64,000 nucleotides of DNA from NCBI GenBank assembly GCA_965603475.1, contig CBFDDD010000013.1, forward strand, positions 2,687 to 66,686. The letters are read 5' to 3'. Below, in pieces: positions 36,379 through 45,776 of this stretch. The notes under the pieces are model-generated. The model saw only the letters and a list, made by a program, of their open reading frames with translations, did not search any database and had not been told where the DNA came from. The translations under genes were made by a program, and so were the position numbers. The DNA comes from an uncultured Myxococcales bacterium. Lineage in GTDB: Bacteria > Myxococcota_A > UBA9160 > UBA4427. Each line of letters begins with the position of its first letter. The stretch's first letter is position 1.

Positions 36379-36815
36379 CGTGATTGATCAATCTCCTCGC
36401 TCTCGCAAGCAGGCTCGCCCGGGCCGATTTCACATCGTTTGGGCGCTCGGCCTGTGATTCGGAGACGGTATTTCGCAAAGACGAGATAGAGACGGTCGAG
36501 CAACCACCTAGCCCCGCGCCACTCTGACAGTGTGGAAATCCAAGTCACGCCCACGGCCGAGTAAGCGCGCGAGAATACCTCCACTCCTTCCACAACGGTC
36601 CCGTCGGGTAGGATTCCGTGGATCCGCGCTTCTACCATTGCCTGGTTGAGGCCGTACTTTTTTGGGTCGAATTCGACTGACGACAGATCTTCGAGTTCGA
36701 TTCTCCCTCGCCCGCGATCCATCCGCTCCAGAAATCGGGCCTCACGTGCACATAAGGGACACTCACCATCGACTAGTACGCGGATCTGCCAAGTCGGCTT
36801 TTCGATCGCGACCAT
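36375..36815 (-). CDS. DCC1-like thiol-disulfide oxidoreductase (DUF393)
   Basis: From ATG 36815: MVAIEKPTWQIRVLVDGECPLCAREARFLERMD, with the CxxC at the family position. It begins 1 nt after the sigma gene stop. Confidence 0.8.
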   Translation of the reverse strand: MVAIEKPTWQIRVLVDGECPLCAREARFLERMDRGRGRIELEDLSSVEFDPKKYGLNQAMVEARIHGILPDGTVVEGVEVFSRAYSAVGVTWISTLSEWRGARWLLDRLYLVFAKYRLRITGRAPKRCEIGPGEPACESEEIDQSR

Positions 36816-36816
36816 C

Positions 36817-38079
36817 CTAGAGGCAGCCGACTTCGAAGGCGATGGACTGCGCCACCTGGTTCTCACGAAGCTGCTCGAGCGCATGATGCTCGATTTGTCG
36901 GACTCGCTCTCGGCTTACGCCCAACTCACACCCAATATCGTTGAGCGAGCGCGGAGCATCTCCCCGCAATCCAAATCGCGCTTCGATGACTCGCTGTTCG
37001 CGCTCGGTCAGCGTCGGAATGATCTTCCGGATGCATTTATTGAGGACTCGCTCATCAATCGATGAGATGATTTCGTCCCCGTCATCTTTGACGAGCGTTT
37101 CTTCGACAGTCAGGTTTTCTGTCCGACCGACCAACGCTTGTGTCGAAACCTCAGCCGAGAGGCTGCGCCGAAGATCGTCCGATTGGCTTGGATCAATTTC
37201 GAGTCTTTCTATCAAATCCATCGGCGTCAGTTCAGCTGCGCTCGTGGCTCGTCCCGACTGCTCGATCTGCCGGAGCTTTCGCTTCTGGTCGATCAGTGGA
37301 CTCGGGATGCGAACCGTTCGCGAGTCGGTCGCGACTGAACGAACCAAAGACTGTTCGATCCACCAGATCGCATAGGTCGAAAATTTGTAACCACGGCGAT
37401 AGTCGAACTTCTCGACAGCACGCATCAATCCCAGATTGCCTTCCTGGATCAAGTCCAGGAAAGGGATATTCTGATTGCGATAGTTCTTGGCACAGCGAAT
37501 CACAAGTCGAAGATTGTGGTTGATGAAGAGGTTTTTGCTGTCTGTGAGCTGGGCGCGATGTTCGATCGCGAGGAGGAGAGATTTGCTGGAGTCCTTGTCT
37601 CTCATTAGTTCTTCGGAATCCTCCAGAGTCTCGAGGATCTCCAGAAGAAGAGGCAGCGCAAATTCGGCAGCGAGTACACTCTGGGCCAGCGCTTTGCGCA
37701 ATTCACGTCGATCCGTGGCTTTCTTGGATCTAGAGCGATCGAGCGCCAAAAGTGATGATTCGATCCCCACGAACGCCTCATCGATCAGCTTGTTCACATC
37801 CCTACTAGACCCGTCTCGATGCCATCGGGACAACGCGCCCGTCACTCGTCCCTGCGCTCGTTTTTCGCTCCAGCGCCCGAGGAGGATCCTCGCGGCCTCC
37901 GGAATCTCTGCAAGAGATTCTCGGAGCGACGCTTCCGCGGCTTCCATTCGCTTGAACAGCCTGAGTTGTTCCTCGGAATCCAGTACGGACATGTCAGCGA
38001 TGTCAGTGAGGTAGTCCTGAAGAACATCTCTTGAAGATCTGTCGCTCGCGGCCGCTTCAGATCCGGTTCGATATCCCAT
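36817..38079 (-). CDS. RpoD-like sigma-70 family sigma factor (regions 1.2, 2, 3 and 4 plus a non-conserved insert)
   Basis: NLRLVIRCAKNYRNQNIPFLDLIQEGNLGLMRAVEKFDYRRGYKFSTYAIWWIEQS is region 2, and LGVSRERVRQIEHHALEQLR is region 4.2. ATG 38079 is preceded by GGAG at a 7-nt spacing. The track start TTG 38109 is less likely. Confidence 0.9.
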   Translation of the reverse strand: MGYRTGSEAAASDRSSRDVLQDYLTDIADMSVLDSEEQLRLFKRMEAAEASLRESLAEIPEAARILLGRWSEKRAQGRVTGALSRWHRDGSSRDVNKLIDEAFVGIESSLLALDRSRSKKATDRRELRKALAQSVLAAEFALPLLLEILETLEDSEELMRDKDSSKSLLLAIEHRAQLTDSKNLFINHNLRLVIRCAKNYRNQNIPFLDLIQEGNLGLMRAVEKFDYRRGYKFSTYAIWWIEQSLVRSVATDSRTVRIPSPLIDQKRKLRQIEQSGRATSAAELTPMDLIERLEIDPSQSDDLRRSLSAEVSTQALVGRTENLTVEETLVKDDGDEIISSIDERVLNKCIRKIIPTLTEREQRVIEARFGLRGDAPRSLNDIGCELGVSRERVRQIEHHALEQLRENQVAQSIAFEVGCL

Positions 38080-38119
38080 GAATTGACTCCGTGTTTGGCG
38101 GGCGCCCAATCTCTTGGAC

Positions 38120-38167
38120 GGACTATCGTCGGCAAGTTGACATTTGTAAAGGTTTTATCTATACAAT
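38120..38167. promoter_or_regulatory. bidirectional promoter/operator module, copy 2 (sigma factor <-> carH2)
   Basis: Minus strand reads ATTGTATAGATAAAACCTTTACA-N17-GATAGTCC, with -35 at 38150-45 and -10 at 38127-22, pointing at the sigma gene. Plus strand reads TTGACA (38137-42)-N17-TATACA (38160-65), pointing at carH2. The architecture is block-for-block the same as 29393-29440. Confidence 0.55.
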
Positions 38168-38223
38168 GTTCTCCTAAATGAAAAATATTTAATCCCTATG
38201 GGGACATTCCGTCATTTTTTCTA

Positions 38224-39189
38224 TTGGCAGAGATGGTCTGGCGAATGAAACAGTTCGAGAAAGCAAGGGACACTTCGGGTTATCCGGTCCGAGTGGCCGC
38301 GAGAATGACCGGTCTGAAGCCCGAATTGCTTCGTGCCTGGGAGATTCGATACCGCGCGGTGATACCAAGCCGAACCCAGGGCGGGTCTCGACGCTACTCC
38401 GGGGAGGACCTCGATCGGCTGATGCTTCTCCGAGACATCGTGGAATCTGGCCGTCGAATCGGAAAAATCGCTCATCTGAGCGTTGATGAACTCCAAGTCC
38501 TCCTTGTCGAGTCGAGGAGCCAGTATCCCAATGCAATGGAGCTAATCATCGCAGTCCTTCAGAGGCTCGATGGATTCAAAGCGCGACGCTTGCTGACCGA
38601 CGAACTGACGAGGCTTGGTTCGCTTGAATTCGTAACGAACCTTGTCCTTCCGCTTCTGTTCGAGATCGGTCGGCGCTGGGAGCGCGGAGACCTCACTATC
38701 TCGGCCGAACATCTCGCGTCGGGCGTCCTTCGGTCCATATTGATGACTCTCGTCGACGCCGAAAACGAGAATCGAGGGTCACCAAAGATCGTTTTCGCAA
38801 CGCCAAGCGGAGAGCCTCATGATCTTGGAACGCTCGCAGCGTCGATCGTCGCGAATCGGGCCGGAACCGATTTGGTTTTTCTAGGAGCAGATGTCCCCGC
38901 CAAAGATCTCGTCGATTGCGTCGTCCGCTCAAATGCATCGGCCCTCGTACTGGGAGTCGTGACATTGCCGAAAGAGAGCGCTGAGCGAATTCTCCGAGAA
39001 GTCCGAAAGGAACTGCCTGAAAAGATCGGCGTTCTAATCGGAGGTGCCGGAATCCAGGGCCTTGCACCTATCAAAGGCATTGATCGAATAGACAACCTCG
39101 GTCAGCTCGAGGCGCAACTCACAAACTTGGCACTCGGCGGGATCGCCAGTCCAATGGCACGGGAACAGAGTGGCTCGAAATGGACGTGA
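38224..39189 (+). CDS. carH: CarH/LitR-type light-responsive regulator (MerR HTH plus cobalamin-binding domain), paralog 2
   Basis: YPVRVAARMTGLKPELLRAWEIRYRAVIPSRTQGGSRRYS. Wx9EH motif in RWERGDLTISAEHLASG. ExH motif in ATPSGEPHDLG. The start is ambiguous: TTG 38224, ATG 38233 or ATG 38245. Confidence 0.85.
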   Translation: MAEMVWRMKQFEKARDTSGYPVRVAARMTGLKPELLRAWEIRYRAVIPSRTQGGSRRYSGEDLDRLMLLRDIVESGRRIGKIAHLSVDELQVLLVESRSQYPNAMELIIAVLQRLDGFKARRLLTDELTRLGSLEFVTNLVLPLLFEIGRRWERGDLTISAEHLASGVLRSILMTLVDAENENRGSPKIVFATPSGEPHDLGTLAASIVANRAGTDLVFLGADVPAKDLVDCVVRSNASALVLGVVTLPKESAERILREVRKELPEKIGVLIGGAGIQGLAPIKGIDRIDNLGQLEAQLTNLALGGIASPMAREQSGSKWT

Positions 39190-39199
39190 GATACCGATT

Positions 39200-40171
39200 A
39201 TGAAGGCCGCCATCGTTGGAGCAGGGCTCGCAGGACTCCGGCTCGCAAATCGCTTGCGCGACACTGGTGCGGAGGTCCGAGTCTTCGAAAAGGCGCGTGG
39301 CCCGTCGGGGAGGCTCGCGACTCGGAGAACGGTCGAGGGACAGTTCGACCATGGAGCACAGTATTTTACCGCTCGAACTCCGAGTTTCGTCGACCAAGTC
39401 GACGACTGGTGCCGTCGAGGCATAGTCGAAGAATGGAAAGGGACGATTGCGTCCCTCCAGAACGGCGTAGTGAGCACGGAGAAAGCACCGCCGGTTCGCT
39501 ATGTCGGCGTGCCTCGCATGAGCGCGATTGCGCGTGACCTGGCAGCAGAGATTCCTGCGGAATTTTCTGTACGCGTCGAATCTGTTCGCAGGGAGGGGGC
39601 GTTATGGACTCTCGTGACAGACGGTGGAGTGGATCGCCGAGGCTTCGACGCCGTTTTCATTGCCGCGCCAGCACCTCAGGCGGTACCCCTGCTCGCGGCA
39701 AGTCCGTCGCTCGCTCGGCGCGCGAGTGAAGTACGTATGCTGTCTTGCCATGCGTTGATGCTGAGGTTCGAATCGGATGTCGATGTCGAATTCGATGCTG
39801 CGTTCGTCCGATCTTCTCCGCTTGCGTGGATCGCTCGGAATGGGTCCAAGCCGGGTCGAGAAGACGAACCGACTTGGGTTCTGCATTCGACGGCTGCGTG
39901 GAGCGAGTCCCATCTGGATCTCGGGCCAGAAGAGGTTCGAGACGTTCTCTTGGCAGGTCTCGGGGCGGCGTTGGGAAAATCACTTTCGGCGGTTCGCTTT
40001 TTCGCGGTTCACCGTTGGCTCTACGCACGTCCGACTGAGTTCTTTGCTGAAACACCGGTCTGGGATCGAGAATTGGGACTCGGGGCCTGCGGCGATTGGA
40101 CTCATGGAGATCGCGTTGAGGACGCCTATGCGAGTGCCGAGGCGTTGGCCGACGCGATTGGAGTTCCTTGA
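39200..40171 (+). CDS. NAD(P)/FAD-dependent oxidoreductase (renalase-like)
   Basis: From ATG 39200: MKAAIVGAGLAGLRLANRLRDTGAEVRVFEKARGPSGR (dinucleotide-binding fold). Confidence 0.8.
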   Translation: MKAAIVGAGLAGLRLANRLRDTGAEVRVFEKARGPSGRLATRRTVEGQFDHGAQYFTARTPSFVDQVDDWCRRGIVEEWKGTIASLQNGVVSTEKAPPVRYVGVPRMSAIARDLAAEIPAEFSVRVESVRREGALWTLVTDGGVDRRGFDAVFIAAPAPQAVPLLAASPSLARRASEVRMLSCHALMLRFESDVDVEFDAAFVRSSPLAWIARNGSKPGREDEPTWVLHSTAAWSESHLDLGPEEVRDVLLAGLGAALGKSLSAVRFFAVHRWLYARPTEFFAETPVWDRELGLGACGDWTHGDRVEDAYASAEALADAIGVP

Positions 40172-40189
40172 TTTGATGATCGGATCTCT

Positions 40190-41650
40190 ATGACACGCGG
40201 AATTCACTGGTTCCGAAACGACTTGCGACTTCACGACAATCTCGCATTGACGGCGCTTGCCGAGCGGAGCACGGCTTGGCTTCCGATATTCGTGATCGAC
40301 CCGGCCATGCTCGCGCGGTCAGGCCGGGATTCTCCTCGTGCCCGCTTTCTTTTCGACTGTCTCGCACGACTAGAGGGTGATTTGTTGGCGAAAGGGTTTG
40401 CGCTTCAGATTCTTGAAGGAAAGCCGGAGAGATTGATTCCTGAACTGATGGCTAAAACCGGTGCAACCCTGGTTTCGTGGAACAACGCGTCAACTCCATT
40501 GGGTCAGCGTCGAGACCTGAAGGTTGCCAATGCAATTTCTCGAGCCGGAGGGCAGGCCATCCAGCTCGACGATCACACGGTATTTGGCCCGGACGAGATC
40601 AAAACCAAGGATGGCGGTCACTATCGCGTTTACACGCCCTATCGAAATGAATGGTGGAAGACGTGGGAGAGAGAGCCCCGACCTTCTTCATCGACGGCAC
40701 GGTACCCAAAGGCTAACATCCCAAAAATCGCGATCTCCCGAGAACGACATTCGACGTTCTTTTCCGAGAACGGGAGCAAGATTCGCCTACCGAGAGGCGG
40801 AGAAGAGAGCGCAAAGCGCCGGCTCCGAAACTTCCTGTCTGGGCCGGCGAGTCGATATCATCTCGACCGAGACCGCCCAGATATCGATGGAACCTCGCGC
40901 CTATCTCCCTACCTCCGCTTCGGCGCGATATCGGCGAGGAGATGTTTTACAGAGGGCCTTCGAAAGATCGAGTCCGATCCGCGCGCACGGCCCGGAATCT
41001 CGAAGTGGCTCGACGAGCTGATCTGGCGTGAGTTCTACAATGCGGTGCTCATCAACAACCCCCATGTGCTCTCCGGGGCTTTCAAGCCGGAGTACGACGA
41101 GCTCAACTGGAAAGGGAGCGCGGCGCAATTTGCGGCCTGGTGTGAGGGGCGGACTGGCTATCCCTTCGTGGATGCTGGGATGAGGCAGCTGCGTTCCACG
41201 GGTTGGATGCACAATCGAGTGCGTATGGTCGTCGCAAGTTTTCTGACGAAGGATTTGCTCGTTGACTGGCGTCGTGGTGAACGCTTTTTCTTTGATTCGC
41301 TTGTCGATGGCGACCCCGCCTCGAACAACGGTGGATGGCAGTGGTCGGCATCGACCGGGACCGACGCCCAGCCCTATTTCAGGATCTTCAATCCGGTCGT
41401 TCAAGGGAAGAAATGGGACCCAGATGGAAAATACATCCGTCGATGGGTCCCTGAACTGCGGAAAGTAGATCCCAAGTGGATTCATGCGCCCTGGCAGGAG
41501 CCGAGCTCTCGCGTTCAATACATAAGGCCCATTGTCGATCATGGCGTACAGCGGCGATTGGCCTTGGATGAGTTCAAAAGGGTCCGGGCGATCGGTGGAG
41601 GACCGCGTTTGCTGGTCCCAGAAACAGGAGCGAAGTCAGCCAATGAGTAA
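40190..41650 (+). CDS. phrB: deoxyribodipyrimidine (CPD) photolyase
   Basis: MTRGIHWFRNDLRLHDNLAL...SRLSPYLRFGAIS...GYPFVDAGMRQL..TGWMHNRVRMVVASFL...GGWQWSASTGTDAQPYFRIFNP. Confidence 0.95.
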   Translation: MTRGIHWFRNDLRLHDNLALTALAERSTAWLPIFVIDPAMLARSGRDSPRARFLFDCLARLEGDLLAKGFALQILEGKPERLIPELMAKTGATLVSWNNASTPLGQRRDLKVANAISRAGGQAIQLDDHTVFGPDEIKTKDGGHYRVYTPYRNEWWKTWEREPRPSSSTARYPKANIPKIAISRERHSTFFSENGSKIRLPRGGEESAKRRLRNFLSGPASRYHLDRDRPDIDGTSRLSPYLRFGAISARRCFTEGLRKIESDPRARPGISKWLDELIWREFYNAVLINNPHVLSGAFKPEYDELNWKGSAAQFAAWCEGRTGYPFVDAGMRQLRSTGWMHNRVRMVVASFLTKDLLVDWRRGERFFFDSLVDGDPASNNGGWQWSASTGTDAQPYFRIFNPVVQGKKWDPDGKYIRRWVPELRKVDPKWIHAPWQEPSSRVQYIRPIVDHGVQRRLALDEFKRVRAIGGGPRLLVPETGAKSANE

Positions 41651-42647
41651 TCTATCCGTGCGAGATAGACCAATCTGGATGGAGTGGCATGATACAGCCA
41701 TGCCGATCCGAGTCGGAGTCTCGGCCTGTCTACTCGGGGGAGAAGTTCGTTTCGACGGAGGTCACAAGCGAGATCGCTACCTAACGGATGTGCTCGGCGA
41801 GAACGTGACTTGGCTCCCGGTCTGCCCGGAGATCGAAGTCGGTATGGGGATTCCAAGGCCAGTGATTCAGCTTAGGCAGGGTGAGATCGGAGAACGGCTC
41901 GTCGAGAGAGAATCGGGCGAGGACTGGACGGATCGGATGCAGAAGTACGCAGATGCGCGGACATCCGAGCTTTCCCGCATCGGTCTCGACGGTTTCGTCC
42001 TCAAAAAAGATTCGCCTTCCTGTGGGATGGCTCGGGTTCGCGTCTACGGAAGACCGGGAGCAATGCCGTCAAAAGGAGGCGTCGGTCATTTCGCGCAGGC
42101 GCTGAATCGCGGAATGGCAGATCTTCCCATCGAGGAAGAGGGAAGACTCCGTGACGCGGTTCTGCGCGAACGATTTATCGAGGCGGTGTTCAGCCACAAT
42201 CGGTGGCGAGTTCTCGTATCGAGAGGCTTGACGCGAGGTCGGTTGGTCGCTTTCCACGAAGCGCACAAGATGCTGATTCTCGCCCACGACCAGCATATCT
42301 ACCGCGAACTGGGTCGCCTCGTGGCGAGTTTTGGTCGTGTCCCGGACGAGGAAGTGTACCCGGCCTACCATGCGCTCTTCGTCGCTGCATTTCGGAAGCC
42401 CACAACGATCTCGCGACATGTCAACGTGCTCGAGCATCTCTTCGGACACGTCAAGAAGAAGATCAACAGCGCCGAGAAAAGAGAAATCTCCGCAGCGATC
42501 GAAGACTACCGGGACGCTCGAAGTCCTCTCGTCGTCGTGATCTCGCTCTTGCGATTTCTCGTTGCGGCCCACGACGTCAAGTATGTGCGAGGGCAGCTCT
42601 ATCTAGAGCCTCACCCTCGCGAGCTGATGCTGAGAAATCATGTCTGA
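41643..42647 (+). CDS. ybgA: DUF523 plus DUF1722 protein (YbgA-like)
   Basis: IRVGVSACLLGGEVRFDGGHK is the DUF523 part and the helical C-terminal half is DUF1722. The start is uncertain, at ATG 41643 or a downstream Met. Confidence 0.85.
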   Translation: MSNLSVRDRPIWMEWHDTAMPIRVGVSACLLGGEVRFDGGHKRDRYLTDVLGENVTWLPVCPEIEVGMGIPRPVIQLRQGEIGERLVERESGEDWTDRMQKYADARTSELSRIGLDGFVLKKDSPSCGMARVRVYGRPGAMPSKGGVGHFAQALNRGMADLPIEEEGRLRDAVLRERFIEAVFSHNRWRVLVSRGLTRGRLVAFHEAHKMLILAHDQHIYRELGRLVASFGRVPDEEVYPAYHALFVAAFRKPTTISRHVNVLEHLFGHVKKKINSAEKREISAAIEDYRDARSPLVVVISLLRFLVAAHDVKYVRGQLYLEPHPRELMLRNHV

Positions 42648-43803
42648 AGAAAAAGATGCCAAGATCTCTTCCGCTGAATCGGAACGAACCGGCATAGCAG
42701 AAAGCGTGATGTCGGCTCGAATCCAACCGCTGAGAGTCGCCATCACAGGAGCGACCGGCTTCATCGGAAGCGCGCTGGCGTCAGGCCTGGAGAGCGACTG
42801 TGCAGTCATTGCGCTCGGACGGCGTTATGCGTCAGCTACCAAAATGAACGCACACACGGATCTCAGCGTACCCGGTATCGTGAGGAGACGGTGCGACCTG
42901 TTCTCCATTGAGCAGACCCGCGACGCACTGGAGAACGCGGATGTCGCCGTCTATCTAGTCCATTCCATGAGCCCGAATGCAAGGCTCACGCAGGGTCGAT
43001 TCCAAGACCTGGATCTCTTGCTCGCCGACAATTTCGGACGCGCGGCCGCCAAAACTGGGGTCCGACGCATCATCTATCTCGGCGGATTACTCCCAGGTCA
43101 CGAAAGTCAGAGCCTCTCTCCGCATCTAGCCAGTCGACTCGAAGTCGAGAGGGCTCTTGGAGCGCATGGTGTTCCGGTGACCGCGGTCCGTGCTGGTCTG
43201 GTCGTTGGTGCAGAGGGTTCTTCTCTGAACATCCTCGTCCGCTTGGTCGAACGTTTGCCGCTGATGATCTGTCCGAGCTGGACGTCGTCTCGCACACAGC
43301 CGATCGCGCTGTCGGATGTCGTCGAAATTCTAAAACACTGCTGCGTCGACGAAGAAACCACGGGACGGATCTGCGAGGTCGGTGGCCCCGACGTTCTCTC
43401 CTACCGGGAGATGATGCAGACTACAGCCAAAGTAGTCGGGCGCCGTCGGCCAATGATTCCGGTACCCATCGTCACGCCTGCACTTTCAGAACTCTGGGTA
43501 TCTCTGGTTACGGGGACCTCGCGAAGCCTCGTTCGTCCTTTGATCGAGAGCCTGAGGCATCCGATGGTCGTGTCGGACCCCTGGCTGCAAAAGAAAATGG
43601 GACTCGCCGGACGTTCCTTCGAAGATGCGCTTCGCGATTCGCTGCGTCGATCGCGAGTTTGGAAGCGGTCAATCGCGAGGTCGGTTCAGCGCTCCAAGCT
43701 GCCGGCCGGTCGCGACGCGGTCTGGGTGGGCGAGGAGTATCCGAGATGGCTGGAGCGAACTCTGCCGGGACTTCTGAAGGCCACGCACGATGAGATCAGT
43801 TGA
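42640..43803 (+). CDS. NAD(P)H-binding (NmrA/atypical SDR-like) protein with C-terminal extension
   Basis: LRVAITGATGFIGSAL Rossmann motif. ATG 42709 is an alternative start. Overlaps the ybgA stop. Confidence 0.75.
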   Translation: MSEEKDAKISSAESERTGIAESVMSARIQPLRVAITGATGFIGSALASGLESDCAVIALGRRYASATKMNAHTDLSVPGIVRRRCDLFSIEQTRDALENADVAVYLVHSMSPNARLTQGRFQDLDLLLADNFGRAAAKTGVRRIIYLGGLLPGHESQSLSPHLASRLEVERALGAHGVPVTAVRAGLVVGAEGSSLNILVRLVERLPLMICPSWTSSRTQPIALSDVVEILKHCCVDEETTGRICEVGGPDVLSYREMMQTTAKVVGRRRPMIPVPIVTPALSELWVSLVTGTSRSLVRPLIESLRHPMVVSDPWLQKKMGLAGRSFEDALRDSLRRSRVWKRSIARSVQRSKLPAGRDAVWVGEEYPRWLERTLPGLLKATHDEIS

Positions 43804-44030
43804 GGCTGGATGGTCGGCAGGTTCTGGCGGCGCTTCAAGACTTCGAGCCGCGACTTCCCTGGTGGATCTATGCGTTTACGCAAGCACGAATTCACTCTGC
43901 GGTCATGTCGGCCTATCGGAGATACCTGGCAACGGCGACTTAGCTGGTCGCAGTCAGGGTTTGGTGGTTTTCGAAATCGACGATCCTATGAAGCATCGCG
44001 AACGGAAACAAAAGGAAGGAGTATTCAAGT

Positions 44031-44480
44031 ATGGATTCTGTGAGTGTCGCCAGTGCCTGGCCCGTGGACAAGATCGAAGATTATCTCACGACATATGTGT
44101 CGCCGCTGAGGCTCGCGGTCGTGAGTGATTCGGGTTTTCCGCTGATCTGCTCGCTCTGGTACGCCTACGAACCTGGCCGTCTCCTCTGCGCCACGACACG
44201 CCAGGCGAAGGTCGTCGAGTGCATTCTCGCCAACCCGCGATGCGGATTCGAAATTGCACCTAGCGAACCGCCCTATTTCGGCGTTCGAGGGCGAGGTGTC
44301 GCGACCATCTCATCCGACGGTTCGATGGATCTGCTGGGGAATCTAGTCGACCGTTATCTCGGCAGTCGCGAGACGAAATTTGCGCGTTGGCTGCTGAGTC
44401 GGGGCGATGACGAAGTCACGATTGAAATTGACATTCGCTGGATGACGTCGTGGGACTACAGCAATCGGATGTCCGATTGA
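44031..44480 (+). CDS. pyridoxamine 5'-phosphate oxidase-like (split-barrel flavin-binding) family protein
   Basis: ...PLRLAVVSDSGFPLICSLWYAYEPGRLLCATTRQAKVVECILANPRCGFEI... resembles the PPOX fold. SD AAGGAGT lies upstream. Confidence 0.65.
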   Translation: MDSVSVASAWPVDKIEDYLTTYVSPLRLAVVSDSGFPLICSLWYAYEPGRLLCATTRQAKVVECILANPRCGFEIAPSEPPYFGVRGRGVATISSDGSMDLLGNLVDRYLGSRETKFARWLLSRGDDEVTIEIDIRWMTSWDYSNRMSD

Positions 44481-44584
44481 AAATGGTGATTTGGATATCC
44501 GCTTCGTGATAGTCGAGTTACGCGTCGACTTGAAACTTGGCATGGCAAAAAATGCAAAGACATTGAAGAACGAGGAGTCATAGA

Positions 44585-45154
44585 TTGTCTACCCAAAAGA
44601 TCACCATAGAACGCCTGCTACGCGATCCGCTCAGGCGAAATTTTGCATTGTTGAACGTAATCGGCGGCGTTCTCGTAGTCGCGACGTATGGCTGGGGTGC
44701 GGTCGCGGAAAGCACGATGATGGCCTCGCTCTGGGGTGGTGTGCCCGAAGCGATTCGTCCCCTCTATACGGCGAATATGTTGCTTTCGGCGGCGGGCTAC
44801 TTTTTCTTTGCCCCATACATTCTGCTTCGCGTCGACTCGGATCGGCTGGATATTCTCGGAGGCTTTGGATATTCGCTGTTCAGCAAGTTCATGATGCTCG
44901 TCTTGCTGCCGTCCGCATGCTGGCTTCCACTGACGTCAATGATGCTGTCTCAGCCCAGCCCGGGGCTCTGGGTTGCCATCCGCGTCGTCCTTGCGCTGGT
45001 TGCAGTTGGCAGTCTGGGCCTCTTTTTTTCTCTCTGGACTCTTCGGCCGCCCCGTGAGCCGGGGCGCGTGGCGGCTCTAGTCGGGCTCGTTCCGTTCTGC
45101 CTTCAAACGGTCGTACTCGACGCGCTGGTATGGCCCGAGTATTTCACATACTGA
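44585..45154 (+). CDS. hypothetical polytopic membrane protein
   Basis: TTG start with GAGGAG 7 nt upstream. About 5 hydrophobic helices. No family recognised. Confidence 0.5.
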   Translation: MSTQKITIERLLRDPLRRNFALLNVIGGVLVVATYGWGAVAESTMMASLWGGVPEAIRPLYTANMLLSAAGYFFFAPYILLRVDSDRLDILGGFGYSLFSKFMMLVLLPSACWLPLTSMMLSQPSPGLWVAIRVVLALVAVGSLGLFFSLWTLRPPREPGRVAALVGLVPFCLQTVVLDALVWPEYFTY

Positions 45155-45774
45155 TGGGACACGAAATGCATAGAATTTTCGAATCAGACCGATCAAGACT
45201 ACGGTACGCAGCACTCGCGTTCGCCGTGATTCTGAGCCTGCCATTCCCAGCGAACACCGCCGAGATAGAAGGGGTGGAGTTTGCTGACGAAATCAAGTTC
45301 TCGAAACCAATCGATGGAACTCTTCGACTGCACGGAATGGGCTTGCTTCGCTATCGAGTTGTCTTCAAGGGTTATGTTGCGGCCCTCTATCTACCCGAAG
45401 GCCTATCTGGAGAAGACGCACTCGAAGATGTGAACCGTCGTCTCGAGCTCAGCTATTTCTGGTCGATCGGCGCCGAAGACTTTGCCCACGCTGCCGATCA
45501 GTTGCTCGAAAAGGAGCTGAGTGCCGCGCAGCTCGCACCTCTTCGGCTTCGCATCGACGCCCTCCACACTGCCTATCGCGATGTTCGACCAGACGACCGC
45601 TATTCGCTGACATATTTTCAAGGAGTGGGTACGGAACTTCGTCTCAACGGGGAATTGCTGGTGTTGATACCGGGAGCCGACTTTGCGAGAGCCTATTTTG
45701 GAATCTGGCTTGGGCGTAACGCTCTCGACACCGATCTGCGCGACGCCCTTCTTCGGCGTGACCGGCTCTCCTAG
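45154..45774 (+). CDS. chalcone isomerase-like family protein (secreted)
   Basis: Signal-like YAALAFAVILSLPFPANTA, then LRLHGMGLLRYRVVFKGYVAALYLP, which is typical of the Chalcone_3 family. TGATG overlap with the previous stop. Confidence 0.7.
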   Translation: MGHEMHRIFESDRSRLRYAALAFAVILSLPFPANTAEIEGVEFADEIKFSKPIDGTLRLHGMGLLRYRVVFKGYVAALYLPEGLSGEDALEDVNRRLELSYFWSIGAEDFAHAADQLLEKELSAAQLAPLRLRIDALHTAYRDVRPDDRYSLTYFQGVGTELRLNGELLVLIPGADFARAYFGIWLGRNALDTDLRDALLRRDRLS

Positions 45775-45776
45775 GC

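Noticed and set aside
44484-44514. Third GATAGTC box (44508-14) upstream of the membrane-protein gene, as another member of the carH-type promoter family
   Set aside because: The -35 position reads TGGTGA or GGTGAT, and the 23-nt ATTGTATAGATAA... element is absent. The resemblance is limited to 7 nt.
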